Notes: generated from the sequence alone by a model not told the origin. Shown: positions 47,955 through 60,023, counted from the first letter of the stretch. The stretch is DNA of 64,000 nt from Epiperipatus broadwayi (GCA_028023455.1 JAQFVV010000008.1:12152001-12216000), one strand, 5' to 3'. Numbers and translations are program-made.

Positions 47955-49827
47955 AGTGTATTTGATATTTCACAACAAATTTTTAAATAATTCGAAAGAA
48001 ACATTGGTGAAAAAGATTTGAATTTCAAAAAAAAAAATTCGAAGTTTGTCGTGACCTGGTAAGTTCATGTTGACCGTAGTTAAATAATAAATCTTTACGA
48101 CATCGCAAGTACAAATGTTTGATGAAGAAACCCCATCAAGCAATCTTTTATTACTAAAAAGCTTTACGATTTTGCCTATTTTAAATTCCATATAATATTC
48201 TATTTTTTTAATAAAAATTTTTATGATTTAACTTTAATTTTTTAAATATACATAAATTATTTCCTACTTTATGCAGCCATTACACTAAAAAGAAATTGGT
48301 AATAAGTGAAAGTTTTGCTAATCTTTCACATGCGTAAACAGTTATTTCAAAGACAACCAATCAGATTTTTTTTAAACAGCTGTCTCTTAAGAACAGTCAG
48401 GCATTGATACACGACAGAGATTTTGACAAGAAAAGGTTGATACCAACCTTCTCTAAACCAATATTATTAAAAAGAAACTGTTTTTTGTAGTGCCATCTAG
48501 TAAAGTATTGTAGAAACTTATATTTTCTCTATAAATTGCGTTAAACTTTGGCTTTATAATAATTTATAGATCGATCCAGATTTTTATAAAAACTGATTAT
48601 ACTGCATCTAAAAGTAAGTGGCATTAAACAAACAAATATTGATAATTTAGTTTTAATTTTATTCACTTGTAAGTAAATAATAGTATTTTTTTTTGTCTGA
48701 ACTAGATCTTAATGCATTAAAGCAATCTATTATAAAAATTTATGATAAATAATTTTATTCGTAGATAAAAAATAAATGGTTGTCATATCTATCATGATAA
48801 ATTTAATGCTTTATTTGCTTATTCTAAATAAAGGAAATACTATAATATAATTACTATATAATTATTGCTATACTATATATAACAAATAATACTATGCTTA
48901 TAATTAGTGAAAGTTAGTCGCCAGTCATCGTGTCATTAACGAAAGAAAGACCGTATGGTACTTCTTGTTTAACGGAAATGATCGAAAAGGAATACTTCTT
49001 CATTCTATAAAACCGTTTAAAATGTTAATTACCACAAAATGATTTATTTAGAATCGATTGCACTCTTTTATATCGCCTTTAGTATCTTTGTCGTATGGTT
49101 TTAGAACAAAAGTAATTATCAAGAGTCAGCTACTTTCATTTATTATCAATTTCTGTTTTATTTCAAAATAAAAAGTACTGTATACATTTATAATCAGCGA
49201 TGCTCAGATTAAATATTAAGAATAGCTAGTTGATCGATGTTAGAATATAATCAGTATCGGCAAGATTATTAGTTCATGAACCTGACAGGCTAACGTATTG
49301 CATATTCCAAGTCTAGGTAGATAAGTATTTAAAGCTATTTAAGATTCATTATAACTGACTTTTGTATATTTAGCCTGAGATGTTTACTCACTATACTAAC
49401 AATACCTTTTGATTATTAGGAACGGTATCATGAATCAATTATTTGGAATGCATAATGTTTCAATGTTAGAGTTCTTTTCTGTCAAGATTTATGTGAATAA
49501 TGGTCCTAATTTTGAATGACATAGTGAAGAGAATTATTGTCAATCATTATATCTTTATATTTGGATTAATTATTTTTTGTTTTGATTAGATTAATTTTCT
49601 GCTGTGTTTTTTTTCCATATGATTTTCAGGTATTGTCTTTACTAATATTTGCTGAAAATATAATCAGACAGTTTTTAAACTTTTTAGGTCGTAATATGAC
49701 AAGATTTACAATTATATTTATATTAAACAGAGCAAAACTCTCCATACAGTATTGCCACCTGTGCTAAACAGAGTAATCAATGGATGCCAGAAGGCTTGTG
49801 CATAAAATCCCTATCTAATGCCTACTC

Positions 49828-49886
49828 ATCCAATATCCCCAGACTAGTTTCTGGCTTGTGGCCTTCGTCAGTGAGGAGCTTTGGAT
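49828..49886 (-). ncRNA. Family-1 hammerhead ribozyme, intact CUGACGA core
   Basis: Minus strand: ATCCAAAGCTCCTCA-CTGACGA-A-GGC-CACAA-GCC-A-GAA-ACTAGT-C-TGGGGATATTGGAT; stem III ACUAGU is palindromic. Confidence 0.85.
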
Positions 49887-50283
49887 CTGAGAGCACTGCA
49901 TCTAGATCTTAGGATCTAATGCAACCCTCTAGCAACCACCTTTTATCTCTACTTAACTACAAAACTATGAGAATGAAATTGAAAACACAAAAAATATTTT
50001 CAATCTAAGCTCAATAGCTTATATAGTCATATGGGTCTGAACTCAGTTCAGCACCCATACATTTTGGTGTCATTGGCTCTTTTACAACCATAGCCACCAC
50101 TATCCTATTAGGCAGGATTGGTGTTAAACCATTAAGCATCACATGATCACATTTCCTATACTAGCACATTAATTGTTGATAAACAGAGCAAAACTCTCCA
50201 TACACTATTGCCACCTGTGCTAAACAAAATAATCAATGGATACCAGAAGGCTTGTGCATAAAATCCCTATCTAATGCCTACTC

Positions 50284-50334
50284 ATCCAATATCCCCAGAC
50301 TAGTTTCTGGCTTGTGGCCTTCGTCAGTGAGGAG
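50284..50334 (-). ncRNA. Family-1 hammerhead ribozyme, intact core, distal stem I truncated by the inversion
   Basis: Minus strand: CTCCTCA-CTGACGA-AGGCCACAAGCCA-GAAACTAGTC-TGGGGATATTGGAT; 456 nt from the 49828 copy. Confidence 0.82.
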
Positions 50335-51149
50335 TGCTCTGTTTATCAACAATTAATGTGATAGTATAGGAAATGTGATCATGTGATGCTTAATGGTTTA
50401 TATTTATATTAGTTAGAGATTGAATTTTTTTACTTCTGATTGTGAGATGATATTTTTTGGTTTTTGAATTAAGCATGCTGTTTTACTTTGTTTCTTTTGG
50501 CTTTTATCAAATATTAGCAATCAAATTTCTCCCTACAAGATGATTATTTTTCACCTCTTAAACAATGCCTGATTTAGTTGTTTACTTTTTCTAGGCACAA
50601 AATTAATGCTTTCTTATCCATTGACCTCATTAGAGAGGAATTTAAAATATGAAAGATAAAGTTGCTAAGGGTTTTTTTTCCTCACTGACTGTTATAGAAC
50701 TTGAATATTTTGATCATTATTTATTAAATCAAAGTCTTGATATGATGCATTCAAAACTAAAATTATTTCAACATTACTGTTATTAAAATTTGGTTTTTAA
50801 AACTTTTTCAATTCTAATTAGATTGACTTAATTGTAAAATTATTATCTTATAGTTTATTTACTTTCTCTTGTGACATTTCTTTTGCATTTTCTATCACTT
50901 GACATATTTCTTCTCATAATTTTGGTAAGTAAAATGTATTACTGCCAATAATTTTTATTATGTCCAATTTTTTTGATTTCAATTAGTCATTTTAAGATAT
51001 TTTAAATTTTTCTTTAGAAAAATAGACATGTTTATTTTATTTTTTTGGAGTATTATTAAAAATATATGTATTATAGCATTAATTTCTTGAAACAATTGAT
51101 GTTATTTTTATGCTAGTATAGCTAATATTGCACATTATAATGTATAATA

Positions 51150-54100
51150 ATGACAAGGTAAAGCAGAGAAAATATTAGATTCTATAGCAACTCAAAAATA
51201 TGAAATGATAATTCTATCGGAGACTAAGATAAGTGCTAATACTCCTCTGTGGATTATAGAAAAACTCAAAAAATAATATATTTCTGTTCAAACCCAAGGT
51301 TAGATCCTCACAGGGAGTAGCAGTATTAATAAATATGCACTCTGGAATAAGAAAAATACAAATAATAGATTTACAAACAAATCACATAGTTCTGTCATTT
51401 GTTATTTATAACGAGCTACATTACTTGATTGCGGTATATTCTATAACAAGAGGTAATGACATTTCCAAGATTATTCATAGTGTACAGAACAAACTGATTC
51501 AAAAGCCAGGTATTGTGATAATGGGTGGTGATTTTAATTGATCATATCAAAACATTCCTAAAGCCTTAGAGCACAAATTGAGAGATGTGTCACTATATCT
51601 GCTACAAATGAAATATGGAAACAATGCTTACGCATTTTACAGCAGTAGATAACTTCACTAATAGATTTATTCTTCGTGTCGGTAAGTAAAGTTAATGATT
51701 CTATTATTAACACATTACTTATTGCATTTTCCGACCAGCTGAGTACAATTGCAAATTAATAATTATGTATGAAACAAAAAAATATATTCATACACAGTAA
51801 AAAAGAATATTAGGAGCAAAATCATATTTTCAGTTGATCAATTATCAAACATTATAATTGTTACAAACTATTACACAAGACTTACAAAACTACCTCCTTG
51901 CGTTGCATGGTATGAAATAAAGAAATATATATCAGATTTATGCTGTCAAAGTGAGGATAGAAAATTATCTCAGAACCAAATAAAAAATAGGATCCATGAG
52001 ATTCATAAGACATTACAGAATATTTTTGGCATAAGTCCCAATCATGAATTGATCAATAAACTGCAAAGTTGAATACAATAGTATATACAATCTGATACAA
52101 TTAGAAATTTATACATTAAGACTATGGAAATTGATCCCTGGAATAAATCACATATCAAAACCAGTGATTAACTATAGCAAAATTTATATACCACATACAA
52201 AGGGCATTGCTTCTGTGGAGATGTGGCATCTGGAGACTCGGTTGATAAATACATGGCCAAAAAGCTAAAAACGAAGTTCGGCTGTTGAGTAGCAGACATT
52301 GGTAAATATGAGAGAGTACCTATAGAAAATACAAAGGAATGTATATCTGTTCAAGAAATAATGGATGAAATTAATAGGTTGAAGTTGCAGATGACAATGG
52401 CAAATGACTCTATACCAAGTGCAATGTCAAAATTTTTTAATCAGATATGTAATGAAAGGATTGAATAACCTTACATAAACAGCAGAATAATTTTTAGCAT
52501 TAAAAAGACAAATCAAAACAAACCCCAACTTTCGAAGACCTAAGAAACATACCTATAGAGGATATTGATTCAAAAATCTTGGTTCAAATACTACTTAAAA
52601 AATTGAATAACTTGATTAGAGATAAAATATCAGCACATCATGGTTAAGGGTAAAAGAGCCATAAATGCAGCTTTAGAAGTCCAAGAAGCAATAAAGTATG
52701 CAATGGAACTTAAGCTAATGCAGTACTTTGCAATACAAATTGATTTTAAGTCAGCATTTGACCTAGTTAACTGGTCATATCTCATAAAAACCCTGATCTG
52801 ATTCAAGAAGACAAATACCTAGAGAATGCTATAGTGAATTACATAAGAAATAGTAGAATGTCCTATAAAAATTATATGCGCAGATATGAATTCTTCATCC
52901 TAGAGAAAGATATTCCCCAGGGTTCTCCGTTGGCAGCATTCTTATTTGTAATTTACTTAGACCCTCATAATGAAAGAAATAGAGACATTGGTTAATGGGA
53001 TCCATATTCCGCATTTGGGTGTCACAATAGGAGTCACAGCCTTTATTGATGACATTATAATAATAGTAGAAAATGGTTATAATATTAATGTAGTGATGAA
53101 TGTCCTAAAAAAGTTTTAAGAAGTTACAGGTTCAGTAGTTCAATCTAACAAATCAGCAGCATGACAATTGGCAATGGGTAAAAGGATATCATCTGAATTT
53201 ATAGCTCAGCTGGAGTCATTTCTTGGACTGCCATTGTATATGTCAAAGACACATATGAATGGTCACTTAAATCAACTAATTACAAAAAAAATTGAGAGGA
53301 TTAAAAACTTCACATCATTCAAGGTCTATGAAGTGATGAGAACTCAATTGTTCAATGCAATTGCAGCAGGGGTCCTTAGTTATTGCAGTCCATGGGTAAA
53401 ACTATATAACTCAACAATTTGTAATATAAACCAAATAGCTAAAAAATTCATCTGGAGGAAGAAATCTAGATTACTGTCAATGGCAATATTACAATTGCCC
53501 ATTAATAAGGTAGGACTCCCCAGAAGTATATGTAAATTTTATTACTGCAAGAACATATTTAAATGTTATGAAGGATTGATGCTTCAGTCTGCCAACAGGA
53601 GAATTAAAAATATATAGTGAAATAAGGGTGGAGAGATCTTATTATGTTTATTACATATAAGGACATATAAGATGACCTAGATGTGCAAAATTTGGAAGGT
53701 ATTAGATATAAAGACATAAGAAGGGGAATAAAACTTTATGAAAATTAATGGATAAATTGTTCATGATAGGAGTCCTAGTTAAATTTAATTCAATTTATAC
53801 ACCACAGTCATATATGAAATTCATATTCAAGTTGATCAATGGAATTTTACCGACCATAACATACATTCATAAAGGGGGGGGGGTAAACATACATTAATAA
53901 AAGAGTGGGAATGAGCTTAAAGGAAACTTGTTCACTTTGTAAAAATAAATGTGAAACATTTCAACACTTATTCGAAGAATATTACTGAAGCAAAATGTAA
54001 TAAAATTCAAACCACATAACGCAATAGTGATAATATATATATTGAAAACTATATGGACAATCCGGTGTTCTTTAATCTTTGATAATAAAAAATTTAATTG

Positions 54101-54540
54101 GTTGAAGAAACTTGACGATGATTGGGACAACTATTTCGCTAGGTGTTAGAAATATTGGCCTAAGAAGGTTATGGAAATAGTATGGTGAAGGACTGCTATG
54201 ACCACTTGTGAAATGTGGGAGTAAAAGTAGACACACAAAAAGAGAATGAGACAGTAAAAATATGTAAAGTGGTAAAATAAAGGATTTCTTAAGAGAGAAT
54301 AAAGATTCCATATTTAAACTAGAAGTACGATTTGTATGGATTTAATAAGGAAAATTATATTAACATTTTAATAATAAGAGTCATATAGATTCGCATTGTA
54401 GTGCTTTGGGGACAAGATTAGTAAATTTGCGGTAATGGATAAAGTGAGTCAGAACTAATTTGTAAATATTTCCTGTAGTGTATTTGGAAGTTTGTTCAAT
54501 AAAGTTTATTACTTAAAATAAAAAAAATAAAATTAAAATA
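51150..54540 (+). pseudogene. Decayed L1/Tx1-clade LINE ORF2 (APE-RT); boundaries approximate
   Basis: IILSETK, IVIMGGDFN (~51520), IQIDFKSAFDLVNWSYLIKTL (~52740), IPQGSPLAAFLF (~52915), AFIDDI (~53045), ORF 53168-53617 (KKFIWRKKSRLLSMAILQLPINKVGL). A-rich tail with AATAAA at ~54500. Confidence 0.82.
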
Positions 54541-55173
54541 ATAATATAATTCATTCTTCCTAAAATAAATGACTAATAATTTAATTATAAATACAATAAA
54601 AATCTAGCAAAAATATAGCAATATAAATAAAGCCTGCATAGAATTTTTAAATGTTATATGCAAATTGATTTTTAATACATCAATATTTAAATATTTATTA
54701 TTTATTTAGCATATGAATTTTTTTTAGATAGTTTAATTACTAACAAAATATGACAAAGAAACTTGCAGAGGTTTTAATCAGAAGATTCACTAATGATTTT
54801 ATTAAGACTTTCAATTCTGCCACTATAACTATGGATGGTCAGTAATTATGGTTTGAGTTTGTCTGTCTATATAGATCAGTAGCTGCGAAGTTCCATTTAT
54901 GAAGAAGATAAAAGCAATGACTTTCATCAATCAATGAAATTCCATTTGTATCTAGGAAAATGGAATCCATCTTGTTTTATTCTTGGATCTGGAAAATGAT
55001 GCTCGCTTGGAATGTTTTAAGAATTCCATTTTTCATGCCATAATTCACGAATTATATATATATTTGTTGAATATTCAATAAGAGTATTTTGAATTGAGAT
55101 AAGTCTTATCTAGAGAAACTATGCAAGTCTGATGTTCTTAACAGCTTTTTATACATTTTTTGTATAGCAATTT

Positions 55174-55277
55174 CTCTATTGATACTAGGCAGAAGAGAAC
55201 CCAGAAATCTCTATTGATATCGGGCAGAAGAGACCCCAGAAATCTCTATTGATATCGGGCAGAAGAGAACCCAGAAA
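55174..55277. repeat. Three tandem copies of a 35-bp unit inside the Vingi-like remnant
   Basis: CTCTATTGATATCGGGCAGAAGAGAACCCAGAAAT-like units at 55174, 55209 and 55244. Confidence 0.95.
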
Positions 55278-56493
55278 CCACTACAAAACGGTAAACTTGA
55301 ATGATCACTAATATTTCTCATGATAGTATTTAATTGAATATTCAGAGTTTTAATGTGAGAATTTTTCTCCAAACGGGGGCAAAATATTTTCCGTCAAAAT
55401 ATGCTAGTGCCACAAAGTTCATACATGACAATACAAATAGAGCTAATCAACTTTTCAAGGAAATTATTTTTAGAAATTTTTTTAACTTTAAATAAATGCA
55501 GTAAATGAGTTTGATTATGATTGAAGATTAATCCTAGGTAGGATGGGATAGAATTGTTTCAATGTAATATTACAAAAGGTTATATTCAGGTTACAAGATG
55601 TGTTTCCTTGTTAGATGAAAAAAATTAATATAATGTTTTTATTGGAATAGGAAAAGAACACCAATCTTTGAAATAGATTTCAATTTTTTCATATCCTTAT
55701 TGACTTTTCTATTTCAAGTAAACACCTTCTTTGAGAAGTCAAAGTAATATAAGTATAGATGTATTTCTTCCATTTTATTTCTGGAATATCATTGTTGAGT
55801 ATATTAAATAAAGTAGATGAGAGAATTGAAGCATGAGATAGACCATTCTAAAAAATGTTGAATCTGCTATTATTATTATTTAGTGTCACTTGTTTTTTTC
55901 TGTTGGATAGCAGTAGTTTATTTCCATTTAAGAATTTTAGAAAATTTTGGAAGATTATTTTTTCAAATAGAATCATAAGCTGAGATTTGATTAATAAAGG
56001 GGACACTAGTTTCTTGAAAGATAAAGCTTTTTCATAGCAATTGCTTTCTGGCTAAAACCTACCCTGTTCTGTAAATAGATGGCTCCCATGTGTTAGAAAA
56101 ATTCTTGTTAATATAATTCATTAACAAAACTTGTATGGAATATAGAATAATGAAATTGGGCAATAATTTTTTAGATTATTGCTAGATTTATTTGATTTTA
56201 AGACTGCAATAGGTTTAATTTTATGCAATAAATGTTTGGAATAGTTTCTATCTGAATAATATTACTGAATAGTTTGCCAACTATGTTTTGTGTTTAGTTC
56301 TTAAAATTTTTAGGAACTCTGGAAGTTTGCTATCTATTTATGGAACCTTTCCTGATTTAAAACAAATACGAGTTTAAATTCATCAATATTTATAGTTTTT
56401 ATCAGATTGATATTAAAGGAATATGGTGAAAGAGAAGTTTGCATTTCATTCTATTAATCCTGAATATTATTTATTAAGCGCAAGCAGTTCGAA

Positions 56494-56635
56494 ATTAAAG
56501 TGATATGCTGAAAACCTCGCACATGCACTTTTAGAATGCTTATATGACAGCCAATCAGTCATTATTACATCTGATAGGCTGTCATAGAAGCATTCTAAAA
56601 GCGCATGTGAGAGGTTTTCAGCCTTTCACTTTAAT
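56494..56635. repeat. ~142-bp palindromic (foldback/MITE-like) element
   Basis: ~65-bp inverted arms (ATTAAAGTGATATGCTGAAAACCTC...GACAGCCAATCAG / CTGATAGGCTGTC...TTCACTTTAAT) around a 12-nt loop, with a few mismatches. Confidence 0.85.
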
Positions 56636-57344
56636 AATCTTGAATTTAGAATTTTGGTATATAAGATTGGCAACCTGACTAGCAATGACAGTAGTGATTC
56701 TTTTAAATGTAATACTCTATATAAAAGTGATCAGATCTATGAGTAATTCTGGCAAAATTTTGTTTCTCTTATTGTCTTTCCATTTTTCTTTTATAGCATC
56801 ATCCAGTGATTGCTACAAGTTTATCAGCAATTTTTGCTAAATAAAAATCCAATTTAAAAAAAAAACATTGCTTATTTTGTTTCAATTTGGAATGAATTGT
56901 TTTACAAATTCACAAGAGATGAACTCTTTTGCAGTTGTTATTATGATATTTTATAAAATTCATCATAATAAAAGGAAATTGGAAATATTTTATTAATATT
57001 CTATTCAAAATATACACTGCATTGGCCTCTGTTAACTTTTTAAAATTTAATCTTGAAACATTATGACTTTTTACTTTAGGAATGTGAATTCTAGGAGTGA
57101 TTAGACTTGGTTGTTTATGTTGGGTATAAGTGAAATAGTCCAATAACAGTAGTTCAGCAGATAATGATGAACTATTTTTATTAAAACAAAGCATAAATCA
57201 ACAGTCGTTTCTGTTCTCCATCTGCCTGAATGGGATGTTTCTTCTTATTTGCCATCATAAAAGTCATAATATCTACCTATTATAAAACTTGATCTGCTTG
57301 CTTTTCATTTAAATAGTCCAAAAACTGTATGAAATTGAAATCTC

Positions 57345-58836
57345 ACATGATACCCATTTCCTATGCTTACATAAGCTATTAAAACAGTAGAAAACCCTCC
57401 ATACCTTAGTGCCATCCAGTATAAGCCTTAGTAATACAAGAAAATTCCTATCTTGTGCTTATTCATCCAATATTTCCAGACAGTTTTCTAGCTTATAGCT
57501 TTCATTAGTGAGGAACCTTGGATCTGAGAGTAATGCACTTAGATCTTAGGATGCAATGCAATGTTCCAAGAGCCATCATTTATCTATTTAGCTAACATAG
57601 CTAATGTTTCCAATTCAAGCACTTGCACTGGGTGGGACTATGGTAAGAGAGTTTGCTACTCTTTTAACAGCTTGGGTAAGCATAGGAAATGATGATCATG
57701 TGATGTTTTAATAATTTATATCAATTCTGCCCATAGGATGATGGTGACTGATTTTTGAAAAACCAAGACACCAAACAAGCAAATGAACTTGGATTGAAAA
57801 CTATATTGTTTTCAATTTGTGCTCAAAGTTTTATAGTTAATTAAATAGGTAAAATATGACGGCTGGAGGGTTTCATTGGAATTTTAGATTTAGGTGGCAG
57901 TGTTCTCAAATCCAAGGCTACTCATTGATGAAAGCCACAAGCTAGAACTAGTCTAGGGATATTGGATGGATGGATACTAGATAATGATATCATATACAAA
58001 CTCTCTTGCAACTATTGATTACTAAGGCTTGCACTGAGTGTGGCACTATTGTATGAAGAATTTGTTACTGTTTAACAGTTTGTGTAAGCATAGGAAAATT
58101 GTGATCATGTGATGTTTTAGTGATTTATATCAATCCTGCTCATAGGATAATGGTAATAGGTTTTTGAGAAACCATACACTAAAATATATAGATACTGAAC
58201 TCAGTTCAGACCTATATGACTATATAATCTAATGAGCTTGGATTGGAAATATTTTTTTAATTTTATTCTCATAGTTTTGTAATTAAGTAGAGATAAAAGG
58301 TAGCTGCTGGAAGGTTGCATTAGATTCTAAGATCAAGGTGCAGTGCTCTCGGATCCAAGGCTCCTCACTGACAAAGACCACAAGCCAGAAACTAGTCTGG
58401 GGGTATTAGATTAGCATCTAATGCAACCCTCCAGCAGCCATCTTTTATCTCAACTACAAAATTATGAGTCTTAAATTGAAAATCAACCCAAGCTCCTTTG
58501 CTTATAGTCATATAGGTCTGAACTCAGTTCAGACCTATATGACTATATAAGCTAATGAGCTTGGATTGGAAATATTGTTTTTATTCTCATAGTTTTGTAG
58601 TTACGTAGAGATAAAAGGTGGCTGTTGGAAGGTTGCATTAGATTCTAAGATCTTGGTGCAGTGCTCTCGGATTTAAGGCTCCTCACTGACAAAGGCCACA
58701 AGCCAGAAACTAGTCTGGGGATATTGAATGAGTAGGCACTAGATAGGGATTTTATGCACCAGCCTTCTGGCATCCATTGATTACTCTGGCTTGCACTGAG
58801 TGGCTCTACTGTATGGAGAGTTTTACCTGTTTTAAT
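57345..58836. mobile_element. Retrozyme family 1 cluster (~1.5 kb) inserted at the GDFN motif of the Vingi-like APE
   Basis: Minus piece ~57345-57600, plus ~57622-58410, minus ~58411-58525, plus 58526-58836. Degenerate ribozymes at ~57465-57522 (-), ~57910-57967 (+), 58353-58403 (+, CUGACAA) and ~58671-58729 (+, CUGACAA); cores at 57925 and 58368 are 443 nt apart. Flanks rejoin through a shared TCAC; no long TSD. Confidence 0.85.
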
Positions 58837-60023
58837 CACAAATTGCGTGTTAAGCAGATTAATGTGGAACATTTTCATAGTTCATTACTTTAAACTAGAT
58901 GTGATATCCTTAAAGAAATTATTGAAAAGTGACTCGTTGATATATAATCTAGAAGTGAATTAAAGATAATCAAAATGAGCAAGCATAAGAAATGATGATC
59001 ATGCGAATATGTGATTGAGTAAGATGGCAAAGTCACATAGTTGAATATATGAAAAATAATCTGGTAGTGACATCAATTTATAGATTTTAAATATTAACTG
59101 GGATATACAAAATATAGTTATTCAACAAATTTTGAAAAAATAAATGATGAGATAATGAGTAATTTATTTTAAATAGATTCTTTTTTATTTTTGTGTTGTA
59201 AATGCACACCCATAGATATTTCTCTTTGAGTAATCTTAAGTCTCAGTTTTAAGAGATGGAAAAATGGTTATCATCGATTTGCCATTGTATGGCTGAAGCA
59301 AGCGTTTTGTGGGAAACTCATGCGATGCTTATTAAATCACAATCACAGATAATTTTGAATGTAATTAATGAAAACTGTAAGCTATTCCAAATGAAGAGAT
59401 TATATAGTTAATGGATAAAGTTGTTTAGGAAGAAGTAGAATTCTAGAAGTGAATTTAAGATGTCTGGAAGAATTCAATTAATAAATCAAAAAGAGACATC
59501 AAGATGATAAAGCAGGTAAGAATTTGATGGGGATTATATTTCAATGTATCTGAACAAAAATTGAAATGGACATATGTACTAATCAATTTCATTGAATATA
59601 AATAAATTATTAATGACAAAAGAAAAGTGTTATAAAAGATGATGATAAAATAGTAAGAAAATATAAGTTTAGTATCAAAATAAATGATCATTTGCAAAGG
59701 TGAATTATTGTGTAAAGCAAGAGCAGAAAGTTTCAAGACTAGATTATGAATAAAGAAATAGAGGATATCATGTATTGTGTTTGTTATAAAGAGAGTGGAA
59801 TATATAACATTGTAAATTTAAGAAAGATTGAAATTTAATAATAAAATTATGAAAACTATTTAATGAGAAAAAGCTTAAAAAGATTAGCATTTTAGAGAAA
59901 AAAATAAAACAAGAAATTTGAAATGAAGTAATGAGAAATGCAAAATGATAAAAATTTAATAGTGATATAAAAAAAAAAAGGTTAATAATTAATAAAATGT
60001 ACTTTTTTAAAAATATGTCCAAA

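Larger units (their letters stand above)
42695..48075 (-). mobile_element. Merlin DNA transposon 2 (internally deleted), interrupted by Ty3 element 2 and an L1/Tx1 fragment
   Basis: Inverted termini GGTAAACACGAACTTACCAG (42695) and GGTCAACATGAACTTACCAG (inward from 48075). The TIR is reconstructed from 42695-42758 + 46641-~46770 versus ~47288-47391 + 47955-48075. Minus translation at 46860-47010 (KWLVRRRLLKNSVLC*HCGVQCSLIR...DGRRWQCRLCRRRLSI) resembles the Merlin N-terminal Zn ribbon. Flanks match only 5/8, so no clean TSD. Confidence 0.8.
49726..50397. mobile_element. Retrozyme family 1 insertion: ~1.3 monomers (456-nt period, minus) plus a short inverted piece
   Basis: 14-bp TSD TTATATTTATATTA at 49712-49725 and 50398-50411. 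49726-~49880 recurs at 50182-50334. 50335-50397 is the reverse complement of ~50128-50190. Confidence 0.93.
54780..59100 (-). pseudogene. Decayed Vingi/Ingi-like LINE (APE-RT-C-terminal zinc region), split by later insertions; boundaries approximate
   Basis: Minus-strand fragments: HAIC/GDFN (rejoined across 57345-58836), SHSGRWRTETTVDLCFV, THKQPSLI...RLNFKK (ORF 56910-57194), KPIAVLKSNKSSNNLKNYCPISLFYIPYK, SAYDSI, PTYLGL, FAPVW...QLNTIMRNIS, DPRIKQDGFHFPRYKW...HKWNFAATD. Confidence 0.7.

Noticed and set aside
59400-59900. Additional LINE 3' remnant (LLCKARAESF...YCVC)
   Set aside because: Too degenerate to support a call.
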